Shown piece by piece: positions 8,520 to 17,379 of a stretch of 64,000 nucleotides of DNA. The DNA is from Candidatus Gastranaerophilales bacterium. GTDB taxonomy: Bacteria > Cyanobacteriota > Vampirovibrionia > Gastranaerophilales > Gastranaerophilaceae. Each line of letters opens with the position of its first letter. The first letter of the stretch is position 1. Below the pieces are notes generated by a model that was not told the DNA's origin, did no database searches, and was given only the letters and a program-made list of their open reading frames with translations. The translations under genes were made by a program, and so were the position numbers. The stretch spans positions 2,803 to 66,802 of the forward strand of contig CALUVL010000011.1 in NCBI GenBank assembly GCA_944324225.1, read 5' to 3'.

Positions 8520-10532
8520 CTATTCATTGACAACACCCAGAACTCTGACAAATTCATCGATTGTTGTTAATCCTGCAAGAATATGACCCATACAAGCCTG
8601 ATTAAGCGTTTTCATACCGTTTTTAACAGCTGCATCCTCGATTTCTAAGTCGTGTGCACCCATTGCTATCAAACGTTTAATTTCTTTGTTTATCTGCATA
8701 ATTTCATAAACGCCCAGACGACCTTTATAGCCTGTAAATTCACACTTATTACATCCTCTTGCTCTATATATCGGGGTCTTCATCAATTTTTGTATATCAT
8801 CTTCATTTACTAAAATCTGGCTTGCTTCTTCATATGTCGGATAGTACTCTTCTTTACATTCATCGCAAAGTTTTCTGACAAGTCGCTGTGCAATTACACC
8901 TGACAATGTTGAAGAAACCAGATAATCTTTTGCACCCATTTCAATCAAACGCGTAACCGTTGCTGCCGCTGAGTTTGTGTGAACGGTACTCAGTACAAGG
9001 TGACCTGTCAATGCGGCTGAAATTGCGATTTCCAATGTTTCATAGTCACGAATTTCACCAACAAGAATGATATCAGGGTCCTGACGTAAGATTGCACGCA
9101 TACAGGCGGCAAAGGTGATGCCGGCTTTTGCGTTTACCTGTGACTGGTTTATACCTTCAAGCTTAATTTCTATCGGGTCTTCAATTGTTGTAATATTAAC
9201 ATCCTCATTATTCAAACTTTTCAATACAGAATACAGAGTTGTTGTTTTACCAGAACCTGTAGGACCTGATGTAAGAATAATACCATTCGGACAACTGACC
9301 ATATTCTTAATTTTAGCAATATCTTCCTCGGAACCACCAATAAGCTTAATATTTTTATCAGCTGCATTCAAACTGACAGCAGGTGCAAGTACACGGATAC
9401 AAACCTTTTCTTTTCCAGACACAGGCAGTGTATTTATACGGAAATCGTAAGATCCTTCTCTATATTTGATTGAAAAAGTACCGTCCTGAGGACGTCTGTG
9501 CTCTGCGATATTCATTCTTGACAAAACTTTAAAACGCGCAATAACAGAAGACTCTGCTTTCGGTGGAATATCAAGAACTTTTTGGAGCATACCAAATTTT
9601 CTGTAACGGACTATATAGCCGTTTAGACGAGGCTCTATATGAATATCGGAAACATTGCTGTCAATCGCTGTTGTGATTATCTGGTTGACAAATTTTGCAA
9701 TAGACCCTGTTGAATCTTGAAGTTCATTATCTACCTGTTCCCAGAGGGTTTCTTCTTTTTCTATCTGGGCAGATTCTTCCTCAATTTTCTGAATAATCCT
9801 CTCTGTTTCCTTCTTTTGTTCAGAGAAAAACGTATCAAGCGTATTTTGATACTCATAATGAGTCATCAGTAATTGTTTAGGATTTTGACCAGTCAGGTAA
9901 ATAATTTCCTTTAATACATCTGGCTTCAGAGGTGCCACAACACCTAGCAATATTGTTTTGCCATCTGAAGAAACCGGCACAACTTTATTTGTTTTAATAA
10001 AGTCCTCAGGAAGCATATTTATGAATTTGTCTTGTTTTGCCAGCTGTTCAGGACTAACAAGTTCAAATCCAGTCTGGTCATGCAAAATTTCTTTTAACTG
10101 CTGAAGTGTTATAAAACCTAATTTAAAAAGTGTAGAGCCTATTGGCATTTTAAGACGCTTGCTTTCAGCTAAAGCCTGAAGCAACTGCAAATCAGATATA
10201 TAACCTTTGCGGATTAAAAGTTCACCAAGTTTTGCCTGGTTTTCCAGAGCCTCTGTTACAGAAGGATCTCCGGCCATGAGAGGTTTTAAACTGTTTATCA
10301 ATTGCAATAAGTCGTTATCAGCAATTTGTATAAATTTAACTTGAAAAGGAAACCGTTCCTTCAATTTGGAAATTATAGCATCTTTATCGGACTTTGAATT
10401 TATCGCAACAAACAAGAACTTATCCTTTACACTTATTGGAACAAAGCTGTATTGTTCCAAAAGTGTAGAGTTGACTTTATTCAAAATCTGTTTATTGACA
10501 CTATTCTTTAATCTGTTTAAAACTTCATTCAT
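8520..10532 (-). CDS. Type II secretion/type IV pilus assembly ATPase (GspE/PilB family) with two N-terminal GspE_N-like domains
   Basis: Walker A GPTGSGKTTT, Walker B DPDIILVGEIRD, tetracysteine motif CDEC...CNKC, 670 aa. Confidence 0.9.
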   Translation of the reverse strand: MNEVLNRLKNSVNKQILNKVNSTLLEQYSFVPISVKDKFLFVAINSKSDKDAIISKLKERFPFQVKFIQIADNDLLQLINSLKPLMAGDPSVTEALENQAKLGELLIRKGYISDLQLLQALAESKRLKMPIGSTLFKLGFITLQQLKEILHDQTGFELVSPEQLAKQDKFINMLPEDFIKTNKVVPVSSDGKTILLGVVAPLKPDVLKEIIYLTGQNPKQLLMTHYEYQNTLDTFFSEQKKETERIIQKIEEESAQIEKEETLWEQVDNELQDSTGSIAKFVNQIITTAIDSNVSDIHIEPRLNGYIVRYRKFGMLQKVLDIPPKAESSVIARFKVLSRMNIAEHRRPQDGTFSIKYREGSYDFRINTLPVSGKEKVCIRVLAPAVSLNAADKNIKLIGGSEEDIAKIKNMVSCPNGIILTSGPTGSGKTTTLYSVLKSLNNEDVNITTIEDPIEIKLEGINQSQVNAKAGITFAACMRAILRQDPDIILVGEIRDYETLEIAISAALTGHLVLSTVHTNSAAATVTRLIEMGAKDYLVSSTLSGVIAQRLVRKLCDECKEEYYPTYEEASQILVNEDDIQKLMKTPIYRARGCNKCEFTGYKGRLGVYEIMQINKEIKRLIAMGAHDLEIEDAAVKNGMKTLNQACMGHILAGLTTIDEFVRVLGVVNE

Positions 10533-10545
10533 TAGTTTAATCTGC

Positions 10546-12474
10546 TTATAACGTATCTTGTTCGCTTATTGCATCTTCGTTGTCGGTGATTATTCTCGGT
10601 GTAATCATGATAATCATTTCTTCTTTTGTTTTTTCAGTGTTTGTACTTCTGAAGATTGCACCGATGTACGGGATATCACCTAAAATCGGGATTTTAGAAA
10701 CGCTTTTTGTTTCTTCATCTCTTATCATACCGCCGATAATCAGGGTTTCACCGTCTTTAATACGAACGCCTTTCAACTCGAGGTTACGTCTTTGCAGCAA
10801 TGTTGCTGCAAGTTCCTGTTCACGATCCTCGTTGTAAGTATATTCACGACCGCTGATTGTAGCGTAATCAGGGTTGATATCAAGAGTTACGTAACCGTCA
10901 GGGCTGATGAACGGTGTCAGAGTAACTTTAATACCGTTATCATCACCGATTTCGTAGTCTTTTTGTGAAGTAGCATTGTTTACACCCTGCACAATCTGGG
11001 ATGTTACGGTTTTAACGTAGTCTGATGTCAGGTCTATTGTGGCTTCCTGACCGTTTGTAACCAGAATTCTCGGGTTTGCAACTACACGGCCTTTTCTGCT
11101 TTCAATGATATAGTTGATTGTCCAGGACAGTGACATTGAAGGATAATTAGTCGGATTGCCATCATCATCTTTTGGTCCAGTTTTATCACCTTTATGGTCA
11201 ATGATATAAATTGGGTTGTCCATTCCTGTTCCTGTACCTGTTTCACTAGTAAATGAAACTTTCAGGTTTTTACTTACAAAATTCCAGGTGTTGTCAAATG
11301 TACGGCTGCCGGCTTCATTGAGCTCAATGATAGAGATTTCAAGATAAGCCTGAGGTTCTTTGATATCGTTTTTCTTGATAAAGTCTTCAATCATACCGAA
11401 TTGAGCATCTGTTGCTCCCATGATATTAACTGTACCTAAGCCAGGAGAATAAGAAACTTCAAGAGCAAGTAACGGTAATGAAGAAAATTCTACAGAACCG
11501 CTACCTCCACTGCTTTTGGTAGACATATCAGATGTATAACCGCATGCAATTTCACCGCCGCCGATTGAAAGACCTTTACCGTCTCCGGCCGCAGCACCTG
11601 TAATCTGACCGATATCACTTTTCTTAGCTGCATCCATATCAATAATTGTTGGAAGAAGCTGATTACATATCATTTCAGCCATAACATCCGGAGTTACATG
11701 ATTTACCTTATATGTTTTGAATACAGGTTTTGTATCAAATTGTTCAATAATTTTTCTTGCCATTTCTGCATCATTTTTTGTACCGAAAATTAAAACTTCG
11801 TTTTTGCGGGGGTTTGTTGTTGCAACATAAGTAGCTGACAGCCCCGGTTTTTTCAAGCCGAAAATATTCTGGTTCAAGAAACTTGCCATCGGTAATGCAT
11901 CAATATATTTAACAGGAATAGCAATCATTTCCTTCATATTGATTGTTGATCCTTCGGGATCCGTATAAACAATCAATGTATTATTATCTATAAGATAATA
12001 TAACTGATTCATTTCCATAATAAGCTCAAAAGCATCATTTAAAGGAACATCAACAAGATCCATAGTTACAGACCCTGAAACATCCTGCGCAAATATGATA
12101 TTTAAGCCTGCTTTATCAGCAAACATTCTCAAAACCTGAGTAACATCAGAATCACGCAAGCTCAAGGTCACAGGAATATTTTTATCCGTCAACGATGCCG
12201 CACCGCGCAGTCTGATATTTTCCGTCGGTTTATGAACCTGATTATTATCATCCAAACCTGCTCCAACTGCACCGGAAAAAACATCCGGTGTCACGGAAGA
12301 CGATGAATTTAATCCTCTTATACCGTCAAAGTCACTTGCTAAACGAATTCCATTTGCACTGTGCGCTATATAGTCGGAAATGCCGTATGCCAACACAGGC
12401 AATGAAGAATTTGTCAGTGATAACGCCAAGGCCATTGCACCTGCTAAAAGTTTTTTTGTTACTCTATTTCTCAT
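10546..12474 (-). CDS. Secretin (GspD/PilQ family) outer-membrane channel
   Basis: Signal peptide. N0/STN-like VTLSLRDSDVTQVLRMFADKAGLNIIF. C-terminal secretin motifs VVANPRILVTNGQEATI and IPILGDIPYIGAIFRS. Confidence 0.9.
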   Translation of the reverse strand: MRNRVTKKLLAGAMALALSLTNSSLPVLAYGISDYIAHSANGIRLASDFDGIRGLNSSSSVTPDVFSGAVGAGLDDNNQVHKPTENIRLRGAASLTDKNIPVTLSLRDSDVTQVLRMFADKAGLNIIFAQDVSGSVTMDLVDVPLNDAFELIMEMNQLYYLIDNNTLIVYTDPEGSTINMKEMIAIPVKYIDALPMASFLNQNIFGLKKPGLSATYVATTNPRKNEVLIFGTKNDAEMARKIIEQFDTKPVFKTYKVNHVTPDVMAEMICNQLLPTIIDMDAAKKSDIGQITGAAAGDGKGLSIGGGEIACGYTSDMSTKSSGGSGSVEFSSLPLLALEVSYSPGLGTVNIMGATDAQFGMIEDFIKKNDIKEPQAYLEISIIELNEAGSRTFDNTWNFVSKNLKVSFTSETGTGTGMDNPIYIIDHKGDKTGPKDDDGNPTNYPSMSLSWTINYIIESRKGRVVANPRILVTNGQEATIDLTSDYVKTVTSQIVQGVNNATSQKDYEIGDDNGIKVTLTPFISPDGYVTLDINPDYATISGREYTYNEDREQELAATLLQRRNLELKGVRIKDGETLIIGGMIRDEETKSVSKIPILGDIPYIGAIFRSTNTEKTKEEMIIMITPRIITDNEDAISEQDTL

Positions 12475-12495
12475 ATCTGCTCCTGCTTATTTAAC

Positions 12496-13305
12496 TTATT
12501 TTTTTGCACCGCCAAATTTCTTATCCAAATTTGACACTGTATTATATTGAATTCCATCTGTAACCAGCAACTGTCCCACTCCTGCCTGATAAATGTTTGC
12601 ACCAAGCTGAACTGTAACAATTGTCGGCTGTATTGAAAGCACTTTATACCCGTTCACAACATCACCGGATCTTACAAGATAGTCAGAACCTTCTATATTT
12701 AAAATTGCTGAAGGACTGTCTGAATCATACATTATGCCCGAAACTTTTGTTGAAATGATTTTTTCTGCATCACTATCCATACTTGATGAATTTGGTGGAT
12801 CTACAAGGTCATATTGTAACTTTGCTTTTTCCAAATCTAAACTGTTGTTTTTCTTAGCATCTGCTGCCTTTTGGGCTTCAACCTCATTTGCAGGCATGAA
12901 AGGATCCATACGACCGGTATCTTCGACCTTCATAACAACCATTTTATCATTTTGGTTTGCGATAACATCTACATCATTCCCTGCGTCAGCATCCTTTTTA
13001 TTTTTATCTTTTTCTTTGTTTTTTCCAGCCTTTGCAGGCTTTTCAACACCTTCAGCAGAACCAGGTTCTACAACCACATCATCTGCGGGCTTCTCAGACG
13101 CATTTGCAGAAGAATCAGGAGCCGGCACTTCTGGTGCTGGAATATTACCTGACAAATCCGCATTATTACCGCCGGTACAGCCTGCTGCCGCAAAAGCCAA
13201 AATCATTAAAAATACAGCTAATATATATGTACCCGTTTTTTTAACCTGGGATACACCTCTTACTTCCATTTGTTCTTCCATATTATCCATAGAATTTTTA
13301 ACCAC
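12496..13305 (-). CDS. Lipoprotein with disordered K/D/E-rich linker and a PilP/GspC-HR-like C-terminal beta domain
   Basis: Lipobox LAFAAAGC. C-terminus VSGIMYDSDSPSAILNIEGSDYLVRSGDVVNGYKVLSIQPTIVTVQL resembles the PilP / GspC secretin-binding domain. It sits immediately upstream of the secretin. The exact start is uncertain. Confidence 0.5.
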   Translation of the reverse strand: MVKNSMDNMEEQMEVRGVSQVKKTGTYILAVFLMILAFAAAGCTGGNNADLSGNIPAPEVPAPDSSANASEKPADDVVVEPGSAEGVEKPAKAGKNKEKDKNKKDADAGNDVDVIANQNDKMVVMKVEDTGRMDPFMPANEVEAQKAADAKKNNSLDLEKAKLQYDLVDPPNSSSMDSDAEKIISTKVSGIMYDSDSPSAILNIEGSDYLVRSGDVVNGYKVLSIQPTIVTVQLGANIYQAGVGQLLVTDGIQYNTVSNLDKKFGGAKK

Positions 13306-13500
13306 TCGCCACCTGTTACTTATTTTAATTTTATACCTTTTAATTATATTAAAATTAATTTATAATCGTATCAGTTATTTAATGTATTTAATTCTAATAG
13401 CTCTCTTGTGTAAAAAAATAATTACACTTAATTTCTTTACTTTATCATATTTTCTAAATTAGTGCAAAAAAAGTTACAAGTGTTAAGCTTTTGTAAAATT

Positions 13501-14358
13501 TCATTGAAAATTGTTAGTAATTGTATGGATATATTCCAAAATTTTATCAAAATATTTTAAATCTACATTTCCATCAAGAACGAAATCAGCCGTTTTTTTC
13601 CCGGGCTGAACATATTTTTGTCCAGCCTTAAATATATAATTCCATTGTTTTTGTGCATTTTCGGATGTTTGGTTTCTTTCTTTTATTGCACGTTTTATAA
13701 AGCGTCTTCGTCGTATTTCATTTTCGGTTTCTATATAAATTTTTACATCAAAAACATCCTTAACTTCATCATACATTGTCGCAATACCTTCGACAACAAT
13801 AAGCTTATCAGACTTTACATCAATCGATGCCGGAATTGAAATACCTGTTCCATTTGGAACATACCTTGGAGCCTTAATATTTTTACCTTCTGAAAGTCTT
13901 ATCAAATCAGCACGCAGCAAAGGAAGCTGAAAACTTTCAGGCGCATCTATATCGTAACCGTTATCACGCAGATTATCAAAACTCCCGAATTTCTTGATCA
14001 GTTCTGATATATCATTGAAATAATTATCCGTACTTAAAACAGAAACAGGCATTGACAATTGTTCTATCAAGTTTTTAATTTCACGGCAGATTGTTGACTT
14101 TCCGGAAGCCGACTCACCTGTAATCCCAATAAGAATACGTTTATGAGGATTTGTAATCAGTCGTCTTGTAAAACGCTGGATAAACGCCGGATTAATTTCT
14201 TTAAAAATTGGGGTTTCACTTCGTCTGTCATATGCAAAAATCTGTTTGAATTTTGTCTGCAGGTAAAATGCCAGAAGTTCCCGTCCTGTTCTTGAATTGA
14301 AGTCAGGCTTCAATATTTTATCATTTGAGTTTAATTCTTTATCAATTAACAATTGCAT
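13501..14358 (-). CDS. Uridine kinase / phosphoribulokinase-family P-loop kinase
   Basis: P-loop GITGESASGKST followed by a PRK/uridine-kinase-like layout; about 80-aa N-terminal extension. Confidence 0.55.
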   Translation of the reverse strand: MQLLIDKELNSNDKILKPDFNSRTGRELLAFYLQTKFKQIFAYDRRSETPIFKEINPAFIQRFTRRLITNPHKRILIGITGESASGKSTICREIKNLIEQLSMPVSVLSTDNYFNDISELIKKFGSFDNLRDNGYDIDAPESFQLPLLRADLIRLSEGKNIKAPRYVPNGTGISIPASIDVKSDKLIVVEGIATMYDEVKDVFDVKIYIETENEIRRRRFIKRAIKERNQTSENAQKQWNYIFKAGQKYVQPGKKTADFVLDGNVDLKYFDKILEYIHTITNNFQ

Positions 14359-14561
14359 ATAAAATTCCGATGAATATTAATATGCATTATATAATACCTG
14401 AGAAAATATTTTTTTGCTAGTGTGATATAAAATTATTTTACAATATTTCCAAATTGCTTTTTGTTCTTTTTATACGTGAATTTCTACAGATTTTAAGCTT
14501 TACAAATCGTTACTTAAGTTTTTTATATATAATCCGTAATACTCAGGTGTAGGAGAATATT

Positions 14562-16454
14562 ATGGAAAATTATCCAAACAAAGTTAAACCGGATTACAGT
14601 TTAATTCAATCAAGTCTTTTAGTAGGTAAAAATGAAGATTTTCTAAAAAAATATGCTGATGAAGAAGGTTTGTTTCTGACAGATGCGGGAGCCGCTCTGC
14701 TAAAAAAAGAACTGTCCATATTTGCCGCAAAAGACGGGAATACACAGGAATTATCAGAAGATGAAGCAGTTGACTTTTATAACAAACTTATGTCAGACAA
14801 TGACAAGGATTTTGAAAAAATTAAAGACTTTGAAAAAGGTAAAAATCCTGTTTTCAACTGGCTGAATAAACTTTCAAAACAAAAGAAAATTCAAATCGAA
14901 CTTAACAAAGACACAGGTAAACAATACGATTTTACAGATGTAGGAATTCTTACCGACCTGACCCCTGAACAGATGACACTGGCTAAAGAGCTTATAATTG
15001 CTGACAAACAAGATTTTTTCACCCCTGTAGATATACATATAATTGTCAGAGAGTTAAAAAAAGAAAATATTGAAAAAGCAAAAGAGTTTATGGAGCCGGA
15101 AAACTCTTTTATAGAGGCGAGTGCAATTCCAAAACTTGCATCGCTTGACGATAAAACTTTTCAAAGAGCCAGAGATCTTCAAAAAATTCAGGGGCGGGAT
15201 ATATCTTTGTCAGGGGACGAAATTTATATGCTGGCTCAGCTTGATGCGGAAGAAATCAACAAAATTTTTCAAAAAAATCCAAACTGTGATATTACAAAAA
15301 TAAATTCACACTATATTGCAATAAAGAGCCCCTTTAGAGACAAAGACTCCTCAATAATCTTTGATACAGAAACAGGTAAGGCTGCAGAAATAATTACAAG
15401 AGAAATTTCAGGCAAAATTCTGAAAGAAACACTTGAAAACAAAGTCAACAATATTAAACATACGGTAAAAATTGACACCGAAACCCAGATCACAATTGCT
15501 GAAACAATTGCACGTTATGACAACAACGGAAATCTTTTATACACTGAAAACATGACAAGAGGAAAAGACGGTTTAACCCGCAATGTAAGCATTACATACA
15601 AAAACGGCAACCAAATTCCGGTGCAATGGGCAACAAATGATGCAGAAAGCGGAAATACAATTTTACAAAGGAATTTAATTTCACCTGACGGCACCGAAAC
15701 AAATTATTATTATGAAGAAACACCGGAGGGAATGAAAATAAACGAATACAAAATTACGGACAAAGACGGCAGTGTTTTATTAAATCAAAGAAGAACATTT
15801 ATGCCTGTTGCGGGCAATCCCGACAAATTTATATCTTCAGTGAACGACAGGATTTATGAAATTGAATACTCCGGAAACACTGTCAAAATAACCGACAAAA
15901 AAGAAAATAAAGTTACAACATTTGATTTAAGCAAACTTACGGACACACCAAGCAAAGACATAATTACAGCATTAAAAAGACTTCCTGGAGATGCACTTAT
16001 TGACATTAAAGAAAGAAAGCTCAAGAAAATAGATATTGATGATATGGTCCCCAGCTGGGACAAGGATAACAAAGTTTTATATATGCATTCATCTGAATAT
16101 TCAGATGAAACAGAGCAGTTTGGCGTATTTATGCACGAATTTGGACATTTTCTTGATACGAAAATCGACAGCGAAAAATTCGGAGAAATTTCACAGAATC
16201 CTGAATTTCTCAAAGTTTATAAAGAAGAACTTGAAAACTTTAAGCACAGTTCCACATCATTAATGCAGGAATATGTTGACTATTTTATAGATCACGATGG
16301 GGATGCCATTGGAGCACAAGCTGAAACAGTAGCAGAAAGCAACAAAATTTTAACTTCGCCTCATACGGAAACCCGTACTTACTACCTGCAGCAAAATTTT
16401 CCGAAAACTATCGCCAAAATCGCAGAACTACTTGAAAAACAGCAGAACAATTAA
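14562..16454 (+). CDS. Large cytoplasmic-looking protein with YD-like hairpin repeats and a C-terminal lethal-factor-like (ATLF/HEFGH) zinc metalloprotease domain
   Basis: RBS GGAG upstream. FGVFMHEFGHFLD (nt 16134-16148 encode HEFGH), then AQAETVAE about 50 residues later and NFPKTIAKI near the C-terminus. From memory this parallels anthrax LF HEFGHAVD...EAEFFAE...APKTFQFI. RYDNNGNLLYTE and similar mid-region repeats. No signal peptide. Confidence 0.6.
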   Translation: MENYPNKVKPDYSLIQSSLLVGKNEDFLKKYADEEGLFLTDAGAALLKKELSIFAAKDGNTQELSEDEAVDFYNKLMSDNDKDFEKIKDFEKGKNPVFNWLNKLSKQKKIQIELNKDTGKQYDFTDVGILTDLTPEQMTLAKELIIADKQDFFTPVDIHIIVRELKKENIEKAKEFMEPENSFIEASAIPKLASLDDKTFQRARDLQKIQGRDISLSGDEIYMLAQLDAEEINKIFQKNPNCDITKINSHYIAIKSPFRDKDSSIIFDTETGKAAEIITREISGKILKETLENKVNNIKHTVKIDTETQITIAETIARYDNNGNLLYTENMTRGKDGLTRNVSITYKNGNQIPVQWATNDAESGNTILQRNLISPDGTETNYYYEETPEGMKINEYKITDKDGSVLLNQRRTFMPVAGNPDKFISSVNDRIYEIEYSGNTVKITDKKENKVTTFDLSKLTDTPSKDIITALKRLPGDALIDIKERKLKKIDIDDMVPSWDKDNKVLYMHSSEYSDETEQFGVFMHEFGHFLDTKIDSEKFGEISQNPEFLKVYKEELENFKHSSTSLMQEYVDYFIDHDGDAIGAQAETVAESNKILTSPHTETRTYYLQQNFPKTIAKIAELLEKQQNN

Positions 16455-16471
16455 CTTAATTTAACAAAAAA

Positions 16472-16500
16472 TTGACAACTTTTTCCGATTGTCATAGGCT
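16472..16500 (+). promoter_or_regulatory. Sigma-70-like promoter candidate (TTGACA-N17-TAGGCT) upstream of the 16.5-20.5 kb module
   Basis: TTGACA at 16472-16477 and TAGGCT at 16495-16500. By-eye match only. Confidence 0.3.
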
Positions 16501-16674
16501 TGAAAAAGAGAGGAAATGGAGTGGATATCTCCAGCTGTAGCCGCAGCCGTAAAAGCCGGAACACTCGGAAAAACAACCTTCTCCACGTGCTTTTTGGAGG
16601 GGCAAAAATTTTTCTAAGTGTCCTCGCGTAAGAAAAGGAACTATCTTAAAAGTTCCAAAACGAGAGGATTTTTT

Positions 16675-17379
16675 ATGCAGCTTGCAGCAATGCAGACAAC
16701 GACATTGAAAGCCGGCACATGCCCGCACGGACTGCCATTAGGCGCCTGCCCGATTTGTAACGGAATGGGCGGTGGAGGCGGAATGAGAAAAGCCGATTTT
16801 TCCGCAAAACCCGGAGAAATGAGCTGGAATGAATGTGCCGCAATCGGAGCTTTCTTAAAAGCACAGGCAAACGCAAGAGCGCAACGCCAGCAGGATGCAC
16901 AGAATTTTGCAGCCCAGATGCAGAACTTTCAAACCTCAATGGAAGCCACAAAAGTAAGACTTGCAGAACTTGCAAAATTCTTCACGCAAAACACTCCGGC
17001 AATTATCTCAAAACCGGCAAATTTTGTCCTTAATACCATAATCGGCGGGACTTTAAGCCTGATAAAAAATATACCGGCAGCAATTTCTAATACATTTCAG
17101 GCACTAGGGCAAAAACTTGCCGATATTTCGGACAAATTGACTGCTATGATGGGCGAATTAAAAGCTTCCATAAACAAAAAAATTTCCGAAACCTTCAACG
17201 AATTAAAGAAAAAAATAAAATCTTTGTTTGCGATATTCCAGCCGCTTGACGCAGACAACAACGACAAACAAATTGATGCAACAAAAAGAACTTTTGAATT
17301 AAGGACGTTTTTGCACGACCTATACAAAAAACTTACAGAAAACGAAAAGGATTTAGAAGATAATGCAGGTCAACAATAA
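16675..17379 (+). CDS. Hypothetical protein: N-terminal CPHGLPLGACPIC Cys motif, Gly run, then long amphipathic helices
   Basis: ATG at 16675 preceded by AGAGGA. The track ORF start at 16618 is a GTG over-extension. No family recognised. Confidence 0.6.
   Translation: MQLAAMQTTTLKAGTCPHGLPLGACPICNGMGGGGGMRKADFSAKPGEMSWNECAAIGAFLKAQANARAQRQQDAQNFAAQMQNFQTSMEATKVRLAELAKFFTQNTPAIISKPANFVLNTIIGGTLSLIKNIPAAISNTFQALGQKLADISDKLTAMMGELKASINKKISETFNELKKKIKSLFAIFQPLDADNNDKQIDATKRTFELRTFLHDLYKKLTENEKDLEDNAGQQ

Noticed and set aside
12734-13462. 242-aa plus-strand ORF and nested plus ORFs (12871-13152, 13032-13244).
   Set aside because: They are antisense to the PilP/GspC-like lipoprotein gene. The low-complexity S/A/F-rich translation is the mirror of the K/D/E-rich linker, and there is no RBS.
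16615-16617. In-frame TAA between the 33-codon leader ORF and the downstream gene, read as evidence for stop-codon reassignment.
   Set aside because: TAA, TAG and TGA all terminate well-supported housekeeping genes throughout the window, so the standard bacterial code fits.
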